Of a stretch of DNA of 64,000 nt, positions 48,476 to 58,651 are shown one piece after another. The stretch spans positions 18,395 through 82,394 of the IMG/VR virus record IMGVR_UViG_3300009163_003337; one strand, 5' to 3'. The position numbers and the translations under genes were made by a program. The notes beneath the pieces were generated by a model. It saw only the letters and a list, made by a program, of their open reading frames with translations. It was not told where the DNA came from and made no database searches. The DNA comes from a virus. How positions within the stretch are numbered: position 1 is the first letter of the stretch; each line of letters opens with the position of its first letter.

Positions 48476-49365
48476 TTGAGCAAGTTAATAAATCCTTTAT
48501 ATTACACGATTACAATTATAATACTTTAATACAAGAATATTATAATTATAGTGTTAATTTACTTAAAGCGTGGCTAGCTACAAATAATATTTCTATTAAT
48601 ATTATAATAGGTAATTATAATCATAATTTCAACAATACAAATAAAACAATAAAAATTGACATACAGTGTGAGCATACTCTGGTCAAAACAGGTGGTCGGT
48701 CTGTACAACAATTAATATATGGAAATGTACCATGCGATAATGGAACATATCTAATACGTGTAGATAATTTTAATTACTATAACAGTCTTGATTATATTAT
48801 TGAGTATAGTTTACCTAATTTGTATAATCTGTCAACAAATGATATGTTTAGAGAATATCTAGACAAAAACATATACATATCACCATTACTCTTTGCGCCT
48901 AGTTTTATAGCTCAGGGTAGAAAAAACATTATTACGATGTTTACTGATAATTCAAACCAAAGAAGATCGGAGATATTAAATCACCTAAAACAGCTTAGGG
49001 TGGAATACACATCAATAAGTAATTGTTATACAAATAACTGTCTTTATGATGTATACAAAAATGCAAAAGTATTAGTAAATGTTCATCAAACCGATCATCA
49101 TCACACTTTTGAGGAATTAAGAGTACTACCAGCACTGCTTAGCGGTGTTATTGTAGTTAGTGAAGAAGTACCTTTAAAGGAAAAAATACCTTACAGTGAA
49201 TACATTGTATGGTCTAGTTACGATAATATCGCACAAACTGTTAAAGATGTTTCAGATAACTACGAGTACTATTTCGATAAAATCTTCTCAGACACGAAAC
49301 TTAAAGAGATTATCAAAGGTATGCAGGATTTAAATTTAAAGTGTTTTGATAAATTAATACAATGA
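48469..49365 (+). CDS. GT-B-like glycosyltransferase
   Basis: KVLVNVH....TFEELR..PALL.G..VVSE. Confidence 0.65.
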   Translation: MVVEQVNKSFILHDYNYNTLIQEYYNYSVNLLKAWLATNNISINIIIGNYNHNFNNTNKTIKIDIQCEHTLVKTGGRSVQQLIYGNVPCDNGTYLIRVDNFNYYNSLDYIIEYSLPNLYNLSTNDMFREYLDKNIYISPLLFAPSFIAQGRKNIITMFTDNSNQRRSEILNHLKQLRVEYTSISNCYTNNCLYDVYKNAKVLVNVHQTDHHHTFEELRVLPALLSGVIVVSEEVPLKEKIPYSEYIVWSSYDNIAQTVKDVSDNYEYYFDKIFSDTKLKEIIKGMQDLNLKCFDKLIQ

Positions 49366-50831
49366 AAGTCGCACTTTTAATTGCAGGTTATCTTAGAAGT
49401 TATACTATCAATGTAGAGTATATAAAGGAGAGTTTACTTAAAAAATATAGTAAGGTAGATGTTTACTTGCATCTAACTAAAGACGAAAATAGTCAGGATA
49501 AATATTTTAATCTAATTGAAGAGGAGAAAGATATTAAGCAAATAAGTGATATACTATCACCGGTATCAGTTATAATAGAATCAAATTTTCTATATACAAA
49601 TGATAAGATAGCGAATAATACAATTAATCATTGGGCTAAGTTATACAAATTAAATACGCTTAAGTTTATAAACGAGAAAACAACCGGTAAAGATTATGAT
49701 CTCGTAATTAGGTATAGACCAGATGTTTCTTTTAATAATCTCGATTTCCTTGATGACTGTAATAAAATAATTACCATTCCGTGTGATAGTAAAATAGATA
49801 GTAGTAAGCTGCTAACCCCTAAGGACCCATACTTATGCGATGCGTTTGCCTACGGTCCTTCAGGAGCCATGGATCAGTACTTTAATATATTTGAAAATAT
49901 TAAACATTTAATATCTGCTCATGGAAATATTTCAGAGACACTCTTATATCGATATCTAAACAATAAAGGTATACATTATAATCTTAAGGATATAGAATAT
50001 TCTTTCATTTTATCAAAGTGTAATACTATAGCTATTTGTGGTGACTCAGGCGCTGGTAAAAGCGTCTTAAGTGATATACTAAAAAATCTATTCTGTAATT
50101 CTGTTATACTTGAAGGCGACAGATATCATAAATGGGAAAGATCAGATGATAGCTGGAAGACCGTAACACATTTAAACCCTACTGCAAATCACATAACTAA
50201 AATGCAGAGTGATGTGTTTAACTTAAAAATGGGTAATACTATATACCAAGTAGATTACGACCATAATACTGGTAAGTTTACTTCTTCACAACCTATTAGT
50301 TCATCAGACAATTTAATCGTCTGTGGCTTGCACAGTTTGTATAATAATCAAGGTGCGTTATATGATTTAAAAATTTTTATGGATACTGAACGTACCCTTA
50401 AAACTAAATGGAAAGTTAAGAGAGATGTAAGTACAAGAGGGTATACCGCTCAGCAAGTTTTAAGTTCAATTGCTAAACGCGAGGAAGATTATTATACTCA
50501 TATACTACCACAAAAAAAATATGCTGATGTTATAATCAGATTTTTCTCTTATGATACTATTTTAGTTGATGATTTAAGTAAAGAGGAACCTGTTAGTTTA
50601 GAACTTTTAGTTGACAGAAAATATAATATAGATAATATATTAGAAGCGTTTAATAAAGTAAGATTAGAATATGAATTAGAAGCAGTAGGTAAGTTTTATA
50701 AATTTACATTCAAGGAATATCAATCGGTAGATTTTATTTTTAACAAAAATATACCCTTAACTAATTCTTATTATGATTATATTTCGTTTATTATCTTAAA
50801 CTTGCCATTACCAATAGTGAATTTAAAATAA
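49362..50831 (+). CDS. fusion: GT-like N-terminal domain + phosphoribulokinase/uridine-kinase-family kinase
   Basis: KVALLIAGYLRS, YDLVIRYRPD, DAFAYG; then GDSGAGKS, EGDRYH, LNP.AN, YDH.TG.F, RD...RG. Confidence 0.8.
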   Translation: MKVALLIAGYLRSYTINVEYIKESLLKKYSKVDVYLHLTKDENSQDKYFNLIEEEKDIKQISDILSPVSVIIESNFLYTNDKIANNTINHWAKLYKLNTLKFINEKTTGKDYDLVIRYRPDVSFNNLDFLDDCNKIITIPCDSKIDSSKLLTPKDPYLCDAFAYGPSGAMDQYFNIFENIKHLISAHGNISETLLYRYLNNKGIHYNLKDIEYSFILSKCNTIAICGDSGAGKSVLSDILKNLFCNSVILEGDRYHKWERSDDSWKTVTHLNPTANHITKMQSDVFNLKMGNTIYQVDYDHNTGKFTSSQPISSSDNLIVCGLHSLYNNQGALYDLKIFMDTERTLKTKWKVKRDVSTRGYTAQQVLSSIAKREEDYYTHILPQKKYADVIIRFFSYDTILVDDLSKEEPVSLELLVDRKYNIDNILEAFNKVRLEYELEAVGKFYKFTFKEYQSVDFIFNKNIPLTNSYYDYISFIILNLPLPIVNLK

Positions 50832-50839
50832 TAGAGACC

Positions 50840-51133
50840 ATGAAAATTATCTATGTTGATATAGACGAAACAATCTGCACAAGCCCGCCTAGCAGAAAAT
50901 ATACTGAAGCAATTCCAATAAAGGAAAATATTGAAAAAATTAATAAGCTATACGATAGAGGTAATACTATTGTTTACTGGACATCAAGAGGTAGTCGCAA
51001 ACAAATAGACTGGTACGAATTAACAAAAACACAGCTAGAGGAATGGGGTGCAAAATACAATGAATTGAGAGTAGATAAGCCATATTACGATCGCTTTATA
51101 GATGACAAAACACTAAGAATAGAAGAAGTATGA
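50840..51133 (+). CDS. minimal HAD phosphatase (capsule-biosynthesis type)
   Basis: DIDET, WTSRG, KP...FIDDK. Confidence 0.85.
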   Translation: MKIIYVDIDETICTSPPSRKYTEAIPIKENIEKINKLYDRGNTIVYWTSRGSRKQIDWYELTKTQLEEWGAKYNELRVDKPYYDRFIDDKTLRIEEV

Positions 51134-51573
51134 ATATTATATCACATAGAGGAAATATAATAGGGCCCGTTTCATCGAAGGAGAATCGCCCTTCATATAT
51201 AGACTGCGCTTTACAGCTTGGATATGACGTTGAAGTAGATGTTAGATTTTTAGATAATAGGTTCTGGCTCGGTCATGATACACCAGATTACGAAGTATCT
51301 TATACATGGATTAACTTACGTAAAGAAAAGTTATGGTTTCATTGCAAAAATATTGAAGCAGCTCACGAGTTAAAAAAACTTAATAACACAAAGTATTTTT
51401 GTCATACTGCTGATTCCTATATTATCACTAGTTCTGGGCATTTATGGGTCCACGATTTAACAGCGACGCTTAATACTAATTGCATAATTCCACTACTCAC
51501 AGAGTCTGACATGCGTGAATTTAAGTATATTAACTACGTTTACGGTGTCTGTACTGACTATGTTAAAGCATGA
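51130..51573 (+). CDS. PLC-like/glycerophosphodiester phosphodiesterase
   Basis: ISHRGN, EN, DVEVDV, LGHD, WFHCKN, GVCTDY. Confidence 0.82.
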   Translation: MNIISHRGNIIGPVSSKENRPSYIDCALQLGYDVEVDVRFLDNRFWLGHDTPDYEVSYTWINLRKEKLWFHCKNIEAAHELKKLNNTKYFCHTADSYIITSSGHLWVHDLTATLNTNCIIPLLTESDMREFKYINYVYGVCTDYVKA

Positions 51574-52547
51574 GTAATAACACAATAGATTATATTGAGT
51601 TGCCACCACATAGTAACGCTTTCTTTTTTATTAATTGGCGTTGTGTAAGTGAGGGTTACGGGTGTTTAGGTGTTACAGAAAGCTATGATGTAATACAACA
51701 TTCTAATGATTGGTCATACTTAATAGGTGATGGTAATTACCGTGATGCGGGACCGATTTTAAATCATATTAAACAAAATAATCAACATGTAGAATTTATT
51801 GATGAAGATATTATACCGTTTATAACCGCTTTTCCAGCATCTATTCATGGCTACGCAGGTGTACTTAGTATACTAACAGATTATATTAATCACCTTAATG
51901 CGTATGAAGGTAAAACAATTGCATTGTATCAAGGGGCTCAAAAAGGTATACACGATATTATCAAATACTTTCAACAAATTGACGTCATAAAGACAAAAAT
52001 TATATTTCTTGAGCATGATGTAATTTACAAATTTCGTAGTATTACTATAATACCTAATACTCTACATAGTTATTTTGAGAGTATAACGATACGTGATAGT
52101 ATATCAAAAATCTTACAGCAGTACGTATTTGATTATACCCTTTCAAATGAATATAATATTAGCGATGATGTAAGAGATATAGCTATTTTAAAACATCACG
52201 GATCTTCTATATCTTCTTCTATGGGAGCGATTAGTATTGATACAGCACGCAACTTCTGTAATAATCATAATTTAAAATTAATTGAACCTGTCGAGCTTAA
52301 TGAGATTCAACTAATCAAAATGATTAGTAGTTGTGAGAAATTGATATGTTCGTGGGGAACTACATTCATGAAGAATTTCATTTACATATCAGATAAGTGT
52401 AAAGAAGTAATTGTTTTTATTGTAGGTTCAGAGTTTACCGGTGAATATAATCATCTTGTTAATAATGGAAAAATTATTAATCAATTTAAGAATGCTAAAT
52501 TTACATATCAGATAGTAGATGCTGAATTGACGAACGCTACTTATTAA
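51570..52547 (+). CDS. GT61-like protein
   Basis: HGYAG, EIQLI...C..LI.SWGT...N. Confidence 0.5.
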   Translation: MSNNTIDYIELPPHSNAFFFINWRCVSEGYGCLGVTESYDVIQHSNDWSYLIGDGNYRDAGPILNHIKQNNQHVEFIDEDIIPFITAFPASIHGYAGVLSILTDYINHLNAYEGKTIALYQGAQKGIHDIIKYFQQIDVIKTKIIFLEHDVIYKFRSITIIPNTLHSYFESITIRDSISKILQQYVFDYTLSNEYNISDDVRDIAILKHHGSSISSSMGAISIDTARNFCNNHNLKLIEPVELNEIQLIKMISSCEKLICSWGTTFMKNFIYISDKCKEVIVFIVGSEFTGEYNHLVNNGKIINQFKNAKFTYQIVDAELTNATY

Positions 52548-52554
52548 TAATAAA

Positions 52555-53199
52555 TTAATCCTTATATATAAATGTCGCAATTTCGTAAAACTCTGGTGAA
52601 GGTACAACTTTATTAATTAATTCAAAGTTTAAATTATATTTCTCACAAATCTCACGATGTGCACGACCTTCACCCATATCATACTGTTGATCTTTTGATA
52701 AACCTGCTTGTCGCCAGCCGCCCCAGTCATCATACACTACTATAGTACCGTTGACGAGTAATTTACGCTTAACAATAAATTCAAGAGCTTCAATAGTAGA
52801 AGTATATATATCACAGTCAATATGCAATAGACCAACTTTTTTATCACCAAACTCTTCTGCAATATTATCTGTTAGCGTATCACAGAACCAACCATCCACA
52901 ATTCTTATTTCAGGCTTGTTAAGAAGCTCGGGGTTAATAGTACCATTTGTACTAAAATCTCCTGGTCCCCACACTTTATGACTTAGAGTATCAGTCGGCT
53001 CGGATGGTAATCCTTGAAATGAATCGAATCCATAAAAAGAAGATTGTATATCAAATTCTTTATATAGCTCATAATATTCAAGCATAGATGCTCCATGACA
53101 TGTACCAAATTCTAAGTATAATTTATTTTTTAAAAAATTAACATTGCTTTGAACAACATCACGACGTTGATTATGTATGACAGATAAATCTAGACTCAT
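52555..53199 (-). CDS. TylF/MycF-like O-methyltransferase
   Basis: YLEFGT..G, GFDSFQGLP, GWF.DTL, HIDCDIY.ST, VYDDW. Confidence 0.85.
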   Translation of the reverse strand: MSLDLSVIHNQRRDVVQSNVNFLKNKLYLEFGTCHGASMLEYYELYKEFDIQSSFYGFDSFQGLPSEPTDTLSHKVWGPGDFSTNGTINPELLNKPEIRIVDGWFCDTLTDNIAEEFGDKKVGLLHIDCDIYTSTIEALEFIVKRKLLVNGTIVVYDDWGGWRQAGLSKDQQYDMGEGRAHREICEKYNLNFELINKVVPSPEFYEIATFIYKD

Positions 53200-53259
53200 G
53201 TATTTACTTATACTACTTTTAGTTGATTTATACCCTAATTTAGATTATTATTGTAAAAG

Positions 53260-54839
53260 ATGCTAAGAAATATTCAACTAGTAATACCTATGTCAGGTAT
53301 AGGTAAGCGTTTTATTGAAGCAGGTTACGCCGATCCAAAGCCGCTCATACAAATTAATGATAAACCAATTATTGACTATGTAGTAAATTTATTTCCTAAT
53401 GTTAATAGTATTTTATTTATATGTAATGAAGAGCATATTAAAAATAATGATATTGAATTTAAATTGCGTAATATTGTACCTGACTGTATAATTGTAACCG
53501 TATCTACTGATAATCGAAAAGGACCTGTCGACGCTGTGTATCAAGCAAGAGAGTATATTGATGATACAGCTGAGATTATTGTAAGCTATTGTGATTATGG
53601 CACTGTTTGGGATTTTGAGAAATTTTTATCTACAGTAAAAAACCATGATGGTATGATACCGTGCTATACAGGATTTCATCCACATATGCTCGGAAGCGAT
53701 AATTATGCTTTCTGTAAAGAAGAGAACAAATTACTAATTCAGATTAAAGAAAAAGAGACATTTACTACAAATAAAATGAATGAGTATTCATCTAATGGTA
53801 CCTATTACTTTAAGAGTGGAAATATACTTAAAAAATATTTTAAAGAAGCAATGGATACAGGGCTAAGCTTAAACGGTGAATACTATGTAAGTTTAGTTTA
53901 TAATTTGCTTGTACGAGATAATCTTAAGGTAGGTATTTTTGAAATTGAAAAAATGCTACAATGGGGTACGCCGTATGATTTAGAAGTATTTCAATCATGG
54001 CTCAAATATTTTAAAGAAAGAGATATTAAACAGAAAAAGGCTATAAACCCTACTGAGACTGTATTAGTTTTGCCTATGGCAGGTCGAGGTAGTCGATTTT
54101 CAGAACAAAATTACGAAAAACCAAAACCATTACTAGATGTTGATGGTTCACCTATGGTTGTACAGGCTGTTAACTGCCTACCAAAATGTTCTTCATCTGT
54201 ATTTATTTGTCTAAAAGATCACCTTAACGAGTATAATTTGAGAGAAGAATTACATAACAATTTTACAAATACATCTATTATTGAAATTAGCGAGACAACT
54301 TCAGGTCAAGCGTGTACGTGTGAAATAGGTATCGGTGAAGCTAATATAGATAGTAATACACCGATTCAAATCTCAGCGTGCGATAATGGTGTAACGTATG
54401 ATGAAGCAGCATATCAGCAACTAGTAGATGATAAAACAGTTATGTAATTGTATGGTCATTTAGAAATAATCAGACAAGTAAAGTTAATCCGAATATGTAT
54501 TCGTGGTTGCAAGTTGATGAATTTAATAATATAACGAATGTATCATGTAAGAAGTTTGTAGGTAAAGACCCTCTTACAACGCATGCTATCATCGGTACTA
54601 TGTTTTTTAGGAAAGCAAAATACTTTTCTCATGGACTGCTTAAAAACTACAATGAAGATATCACAACCAACGGTGAGTATTACGTTGATGATGTAATTAA
54701 TCAATGTATTAAAGTAGGTCTTAATGTAAAAGTTTTTGAGGTATCTAACTATATTTGTTGGGGTACACCAGATGATTATCGAACATATAACTACTGGAAA
54801 GAATACTTTGAGAGTACTCTTGATAATTCTAATCAATAA
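53260..54839 (+). CDS. tandem two-domain sugar nucleotidyltransferase; one gene with a 1-nt deletion near 54441
   Basis: IPMSG.G.RF..PKPL and LPMAG.GSRF..PKPL; two NGEYYV..WGTP motifs; restoring one base gives TV[D]VIVWSFRNN into ORF 54495. Confidence 0.85.
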
Positions 54840-54847
54840 CATATAAT
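54820..54847 (+). promoter_or_regulatory. sigma70-like promoter (TTGATA-16-TATAAT)
   Basis: 6 nt upstream of ATG 54854. Confidence 0.6.
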
Positions 54848-54853
54848 ATCAAT

Positions 54854-55435
54854 ATGATTATTGAACATCCTATCTATAACGGTGACTTGATTCACTCTCG
54901 ATTTGCTTATCGCTTCTTTAATAAAGAAGTATCTCCATACGGTAACATTGTTGCATTTCGTGCGCCTATGTTTGTTAGTGATAATTTGATCGATCTTGAA
55001 GATTCACTAACTAAAGACTATATCTTTAGTGACGATGCTGTTAATTTCTGCTGGGAGATTCCTAATTTGTGTCCTATTGGTGCTGTAGCGTTTCAACGCT
55101 TGCTCAATACTGCTATTGCTAATATTCTATCCCGTATTATTCAAAAGCCTATTCAGATGAAAGGTGACGATCTTATGGTGCATGATACATTTCTTGGCTC
55201 TGATAAGACTGAGCGTAGGGTAGGTAAGGTAAGTGTATCAATTACCTACTCGAAAGACAATGTAGCTATTGGTCATACGGGTATTAATATTAAGGCCGGT
55301 AGTAAAGCACCAGGCTTTGCATATAGCTCAAACCTTAACGAAGATGAGATTCAAGCCTTTATCGAGCATGTGGTTAATTACTTTAATAGTGAAATTAAAG
55401 ATATCCAAATTGCAACTAGTAAGATCATTGTATGA
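54854..55435 (+). CDS. DUF366 family protein (BPL/LplA-like ligase fold)
   Basis: YNG..I...FAY, IVAFRAP, IDLED, I.SDD, FQRLL, GDDL, KVSVSI, HTGINI recalled as DUF366 motifs. Confidence 0.7.
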   Translation: MIIEHPIYNGDLIHSRFAYRFFNKEVSPYGNIVAFRAPMFVSDNLIDLEDSLTKDYIFSDDAVNFCWEIPNLCPIGAVAFQRLLNTAIANILSRIIQKPIQMKGDDLMVHDTFLGSDKTERRVGKVSVSITYSKDNVAIGHTGINIKAGSKAPGFAYSSNLNEDEIQAFIEHVVNYFNSEIKDIQIATSKIIV

Positions 55436-55809
55436 ATTTCTTCGATTTACTAAGAAAGTTAATTTTTAGTAGAAAGACTATTGCCGAAGATCTCGACAGT
55501 GAAGGTCTTCAGCAATTTACTCCCTATATGGTAAATAGATGGCTTTCGTTTTATGACGCTAGTCAAGCAGTGTTTGTAAACGAGACACTAAATCGTTTTA
55601 CCGGTCTACTAGATGATAAGAGTGAGATGTATAAGCTGTATTATAATCTAATACCAATACAAAAATTTAAGAAAATATCTTACGTAAAAAAGAAGAAAGA
55701 AACGGAGGAAAAGGAAGATACAAATATTCCTATTATTGCTCGCAACCAAATGATATCACAACGCGAGGTAAAACTATACCTTGACTTACACAATACAAAG
55801 CATAACTAA
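55432..55809 (+). CDS. gp62: clamp loader small subunit (gp62-like)
   Basis: FTPYMVNRWLS, VNE..N, K..YVKK. Confidence 0.75.
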   Translation: MNFFDLLRKLIFSRKTIAEDLDSEGLQQFTPYMVNRWLSFYDASQAVFVNETLNRFTGLLDDKSEMYKLYYNLIPIQKFKKISYVKKKKETEEKEDTNIPIIARNQMISQREVKLYLDLHNTKHN

Positions 55810-55814
55810 ATAAT

Positions 55815-56237
55815 ATGGCATCAAGAAGTATCGATACACTTGCACCGATGAAAAGTCTAATAGACCTTTCATCTCATTCCGATGGAGATTTTGGATTAGA
55901 AGACTTAGAGTTAAGTTTTATTTTTGCAGATATTCTACTTGTAGAATATATTGATCTATCGGATGACAAAGATGGTCTTATGCGTAACGGAATATATATT
56001 CCTACAAACGCACAGACAAAGGCCTGGAGAAAGGCTAAAGTAATTTTAGTAGGTCCACATGCACAATATACTAAAGTAGGTGATATCGTTGTGTTTCCTA
56101 ATAACCTCGGTGTGACAATAGCTAACATGGCTATTAAAGATCATGGCATTATTAAAAATGGTGTATTTTTGAATGAAGATAGAGTATTTGGAATTTGTAA
56201 ACCAAAAGAAAATGAAAGTATCACAATCAACGCTTGA
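55815..56237 (+). CDS. groES: GroES-like co-chaperonin
   Basis: DILLVE, GIYIP, AKVILVGP, KVGDIVVF, FLNEDRVFG. Confidence 0.82.
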   Translation: MASRSIDTLAPMKSLIDLSSHSDGDFGLEDLELSFIFADILLVEYIDLSDDKDGLMRNGIYIPTNAQTKAWRKAKVILVGPHAQYTKVGDIVVFPNNLGVTIANMAIKDHGIIKNGVFLNEDRVFGICKPKENESITINA

Positions 56238-56589
56238 GCAACTTCTTTTAGATAACGTCCTCGATATACGGTTTACTAGACGTATACAAACAAAGGATAA
56301 ATCACCATCGCGAAGGATGATATGCACTAAGTCATACGACCTACTTAAAACAACAAACGGTAGAGTTATCTTAAATTACGTACCTCCTAAAACAGCTGCT
56401 CATATAAACGAAGCTAGAGCTAATGTATGTGTCGTGTTTGATATATTAATGCAGGACTATCGGACAATATCATTAGATAATGTAGAAGTGTTGAGAGAAA
56501 TGCCTGCAGACGATACCTTCTGGAAAATATTTAACGATGAAATATATCCTATGTCCACAGAGGGAAAGATACAATTTATGAACTCATGA
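56212..56589 (+). CDS. SH3/WYL-like fold hypothetical protein
   Basis: IRFTRR..RRMICT, VFDI...YRTI. Confidence 0.55.
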   Translation: MKVSQSTLEQLLLDNVLDIRFTRRIQTKDKSPSRRMICTKSYDLLKTTNGRVILNYVPPKTAAHINEARANVCVVFDILMQDYRTISLDNVEVLREMPADDTFWKIFNDEIYPMSTEGKIQFMNS

Positions 56590-56933
56590 GTTTTGATTAC
56601 TACACCAGCATCCTGCAGCATTTCTTACAATCAACCGTTGTAATTAAATGTGAACATAAAACTCTACGTCGTGGTAAAATAACACTTTTTAATACAAAGC
56701 AATACTTTATTAAAATACATATAGAGTTAGAAAATAAAGATATTAAGATTCTCGAGCTTCCATATCCATATAGTATGGAGTACAACAAAGCGGCAAATAG
56801 CTGCATGTTAGATTATAGGTTAAGTGCGATGTGTAGCAATATTCTACCAGTTATGATGATGCTTAAAAAATGCAGTACTTCAACTGCATATAAAACGTAT
56901 AATAATACTGTTACTATAACGTCGATTAATTAA
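56586..56933 (+). CDS. hypothetical protein
   Basis: ORF with ATGA overlap. Confidence 0.65.
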   Translation: MSFDYYTSILQHFLQSTVVIKCEHKTLRRGKITLFNTKQYFIKIHIELENKDIKILELPYPYSMEYNKAANSCMLDYRLSAMCSNILPVMMMLKKCSTSTAYKTYNNTVTITSIN

Positions 56934-56957
56934 GAAACTAATATATAATTAGTTAAT

Positions 56958-58595
56958 ATGAGACTTCTTGATAGCTTTCCTAGCAACTTTAAACCGAATA
57001 AATCGCAAGTAGATCTTATAACAAGCATTGAGACAGCATTTGACGAAGGATTTAAGTTTGTTGTATGTAGTGCGCCAACTGGTTCGGGTAAATCGTTTAT
57101 TTCGAAAACTCTAGGCAATACGTCTAATCCGCCTACAGATATGTTTAAGGACTTAGTAAACTCTTACCGAATCTTTAAGCAAAACAATCTCGGCGGTTAT
57201 CAAGATGAAGAAGATGCAAATATGCAGGAACCGTTTGGAGCATTCGCACTAACGATAACTAAAGCATTGCAAGATCAATATAAAGAGCTGTTTGATGATG
57301 TTGATGTTTTAAAAGGTAAATCAAACTATCAATGTACCTACGATACAAACTTTACTGTAGAGAATGCACCGTGTGTTCATATTAAGTCTTTGAAAGAAAG
57401 TTGCTGTAAGCAGAACAGCTGCACTTATTACGCTGCAAAGAATAAAGCTATACTATCTACATTTGCAACATTAAACTATAATATGTTTTTTGCTCTACCT
57501 GATCATGTTAAGCGGAAGCAATATCTTATATGTGATGAAGCTTCTGAACTTGAAGATCAACTCGTAAAAGAGTTCTCGTGTAACATTAACTTTGAGATAC
57601 TTAAAAAAGCATCAGTTATAGTTAGACCTTTTCCAAGTGATGATAATTATGGTCATGTAGGTCGCTGGATTAATATGCTATGTCAAGATGTGGCTGAGCA
57701 AATAGAGGAAATCCGCGATATACTTACAAAGAGGCTCTCAAAACTTACGCCAGTCGTGCAAGGCGAGAAGAAGAATGAATTAAGTCTCTTACTCAATTTA
57801 CATAGTAAGTTAAGAATGATTATCGATACCTGGCATGATAGTGAGTATCTCTTTGAGCGTACCCCAAAAGGCATTAATTTAACTCCTCTTAAAGTTGATC
57901 AGCTCGCTAGCCATCTCTTTAAATGTGCTGACAGAGTAATACTAATGTCAGCTACAATAATAGACCCTTATAATTTTTGCAAGACATTAGGTATCGATAG
58001 TTATAAGTACATAGAGGCTGATTCTACGTTTGATCCTAAAAAAGCACCTATATATGTGAATACTAAAGTAAAGCTTAACTATAGTAACTTAAATACTAAC
58101 TTACCTATAATTGTTAGTCAAATTAAAAAAATATGTAACCACCATGAACATGAAAAAGGCCTTATTCATACACAAACTAACACCATCACCAAGTATTTAC
58201 AGGATAATATTACTGATGATCGTATGCTGTTTAGAGAGCCTGGCATACGTAATGAAGAACTTCTCGAAAAGCATTATAGTAGTAATAAGCCGACAGTTAT
58301 GGCTTCACCCTCTATGTCGCATGGTGTAGATTTAAAAGATGATCTCGCGAGATTTCAAATTATTATTAAAGCGCCTTATCTACCTACTAATGATAAAAGG
58401 GTAAGCCGAATGATGAAGCTTGATAGTAGCTGGTATATGAATAAAATGCTTAGTTCTTTTATTCAATCATGCGGTCGCGGCATTAGATCAGGTAAGGATC
58501 ATTGTGTAACCTATATTCTTGATGCTGCTATCGTAGAGTGTATAGTTAAGAATAAAAATAAAATTCCTAAGTATTTTCTAGATAGGTTTGTATAA
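56958..58595 (+). CDS. DinG/XPD-family helicase
   Basis: APTGSGKS, KGKSNYQC plus Cys cluster, CDEA, MSAT, GVDL, QSCGRGIR. Confidence 0.9.
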   Translation: MRLLDSFPSNFKPNKSQVDLITSIETAFDEGFKFVVCSAPTGSGKSFISKTLGNTSNPPTDMFKDLVNSYRIFKQNNLGGYQDEEDANMQEPFGAFALTITKALQDQYKELFDDVDVLKGKSNYQCTYDTNFTVENAPCVHIKSLKESCCKQNSCTYYAAKNKAILSTFATLNYNMFFALPDHVKRKQYLICDEASELEDQLVKEFSCNINFEILKKASVIVRPFPSDDNYGHVGRWINMLCQDVAEQIEEIRDILTKRLSKLTPVVQGEKKNELSLLLNLHSKLRMIIDTWHDSEYLFERTPKGINLTPLKVDQLASHLFKCADRVILMSATIIDPYNFCKTLGIDSYKYIEADSTFDPKKAPIYVNTKVKLNYSNLNTNLPIIVSQIKKICNHHEHEKGLIHTQTNTITKYLQDNITDDRMLFREPGIRNEELLEKHYSSNKPTVMASPSMSHGVDLKDDLARFQIIIKAPYLPTNDKRVSRMMKLDSSWYMNKMLSSFIQSCGRGIRSGKDHCVTYILDAAIVECIVKNKNKIPKYFLDRFV

Positions 58596-58651
58596 GTTGA
58601 ATATTTTCTGTAGTCTTATATTTATGCTTAAATATATAAAGTAATTAATAT

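Noticed and set aside
49362-50831. Phosphoribulokinase as a carbon-fixation auxiliary gene
   Set aside because: Fused to a GT-like domain in a glycan island, with no Calvin-cycle context
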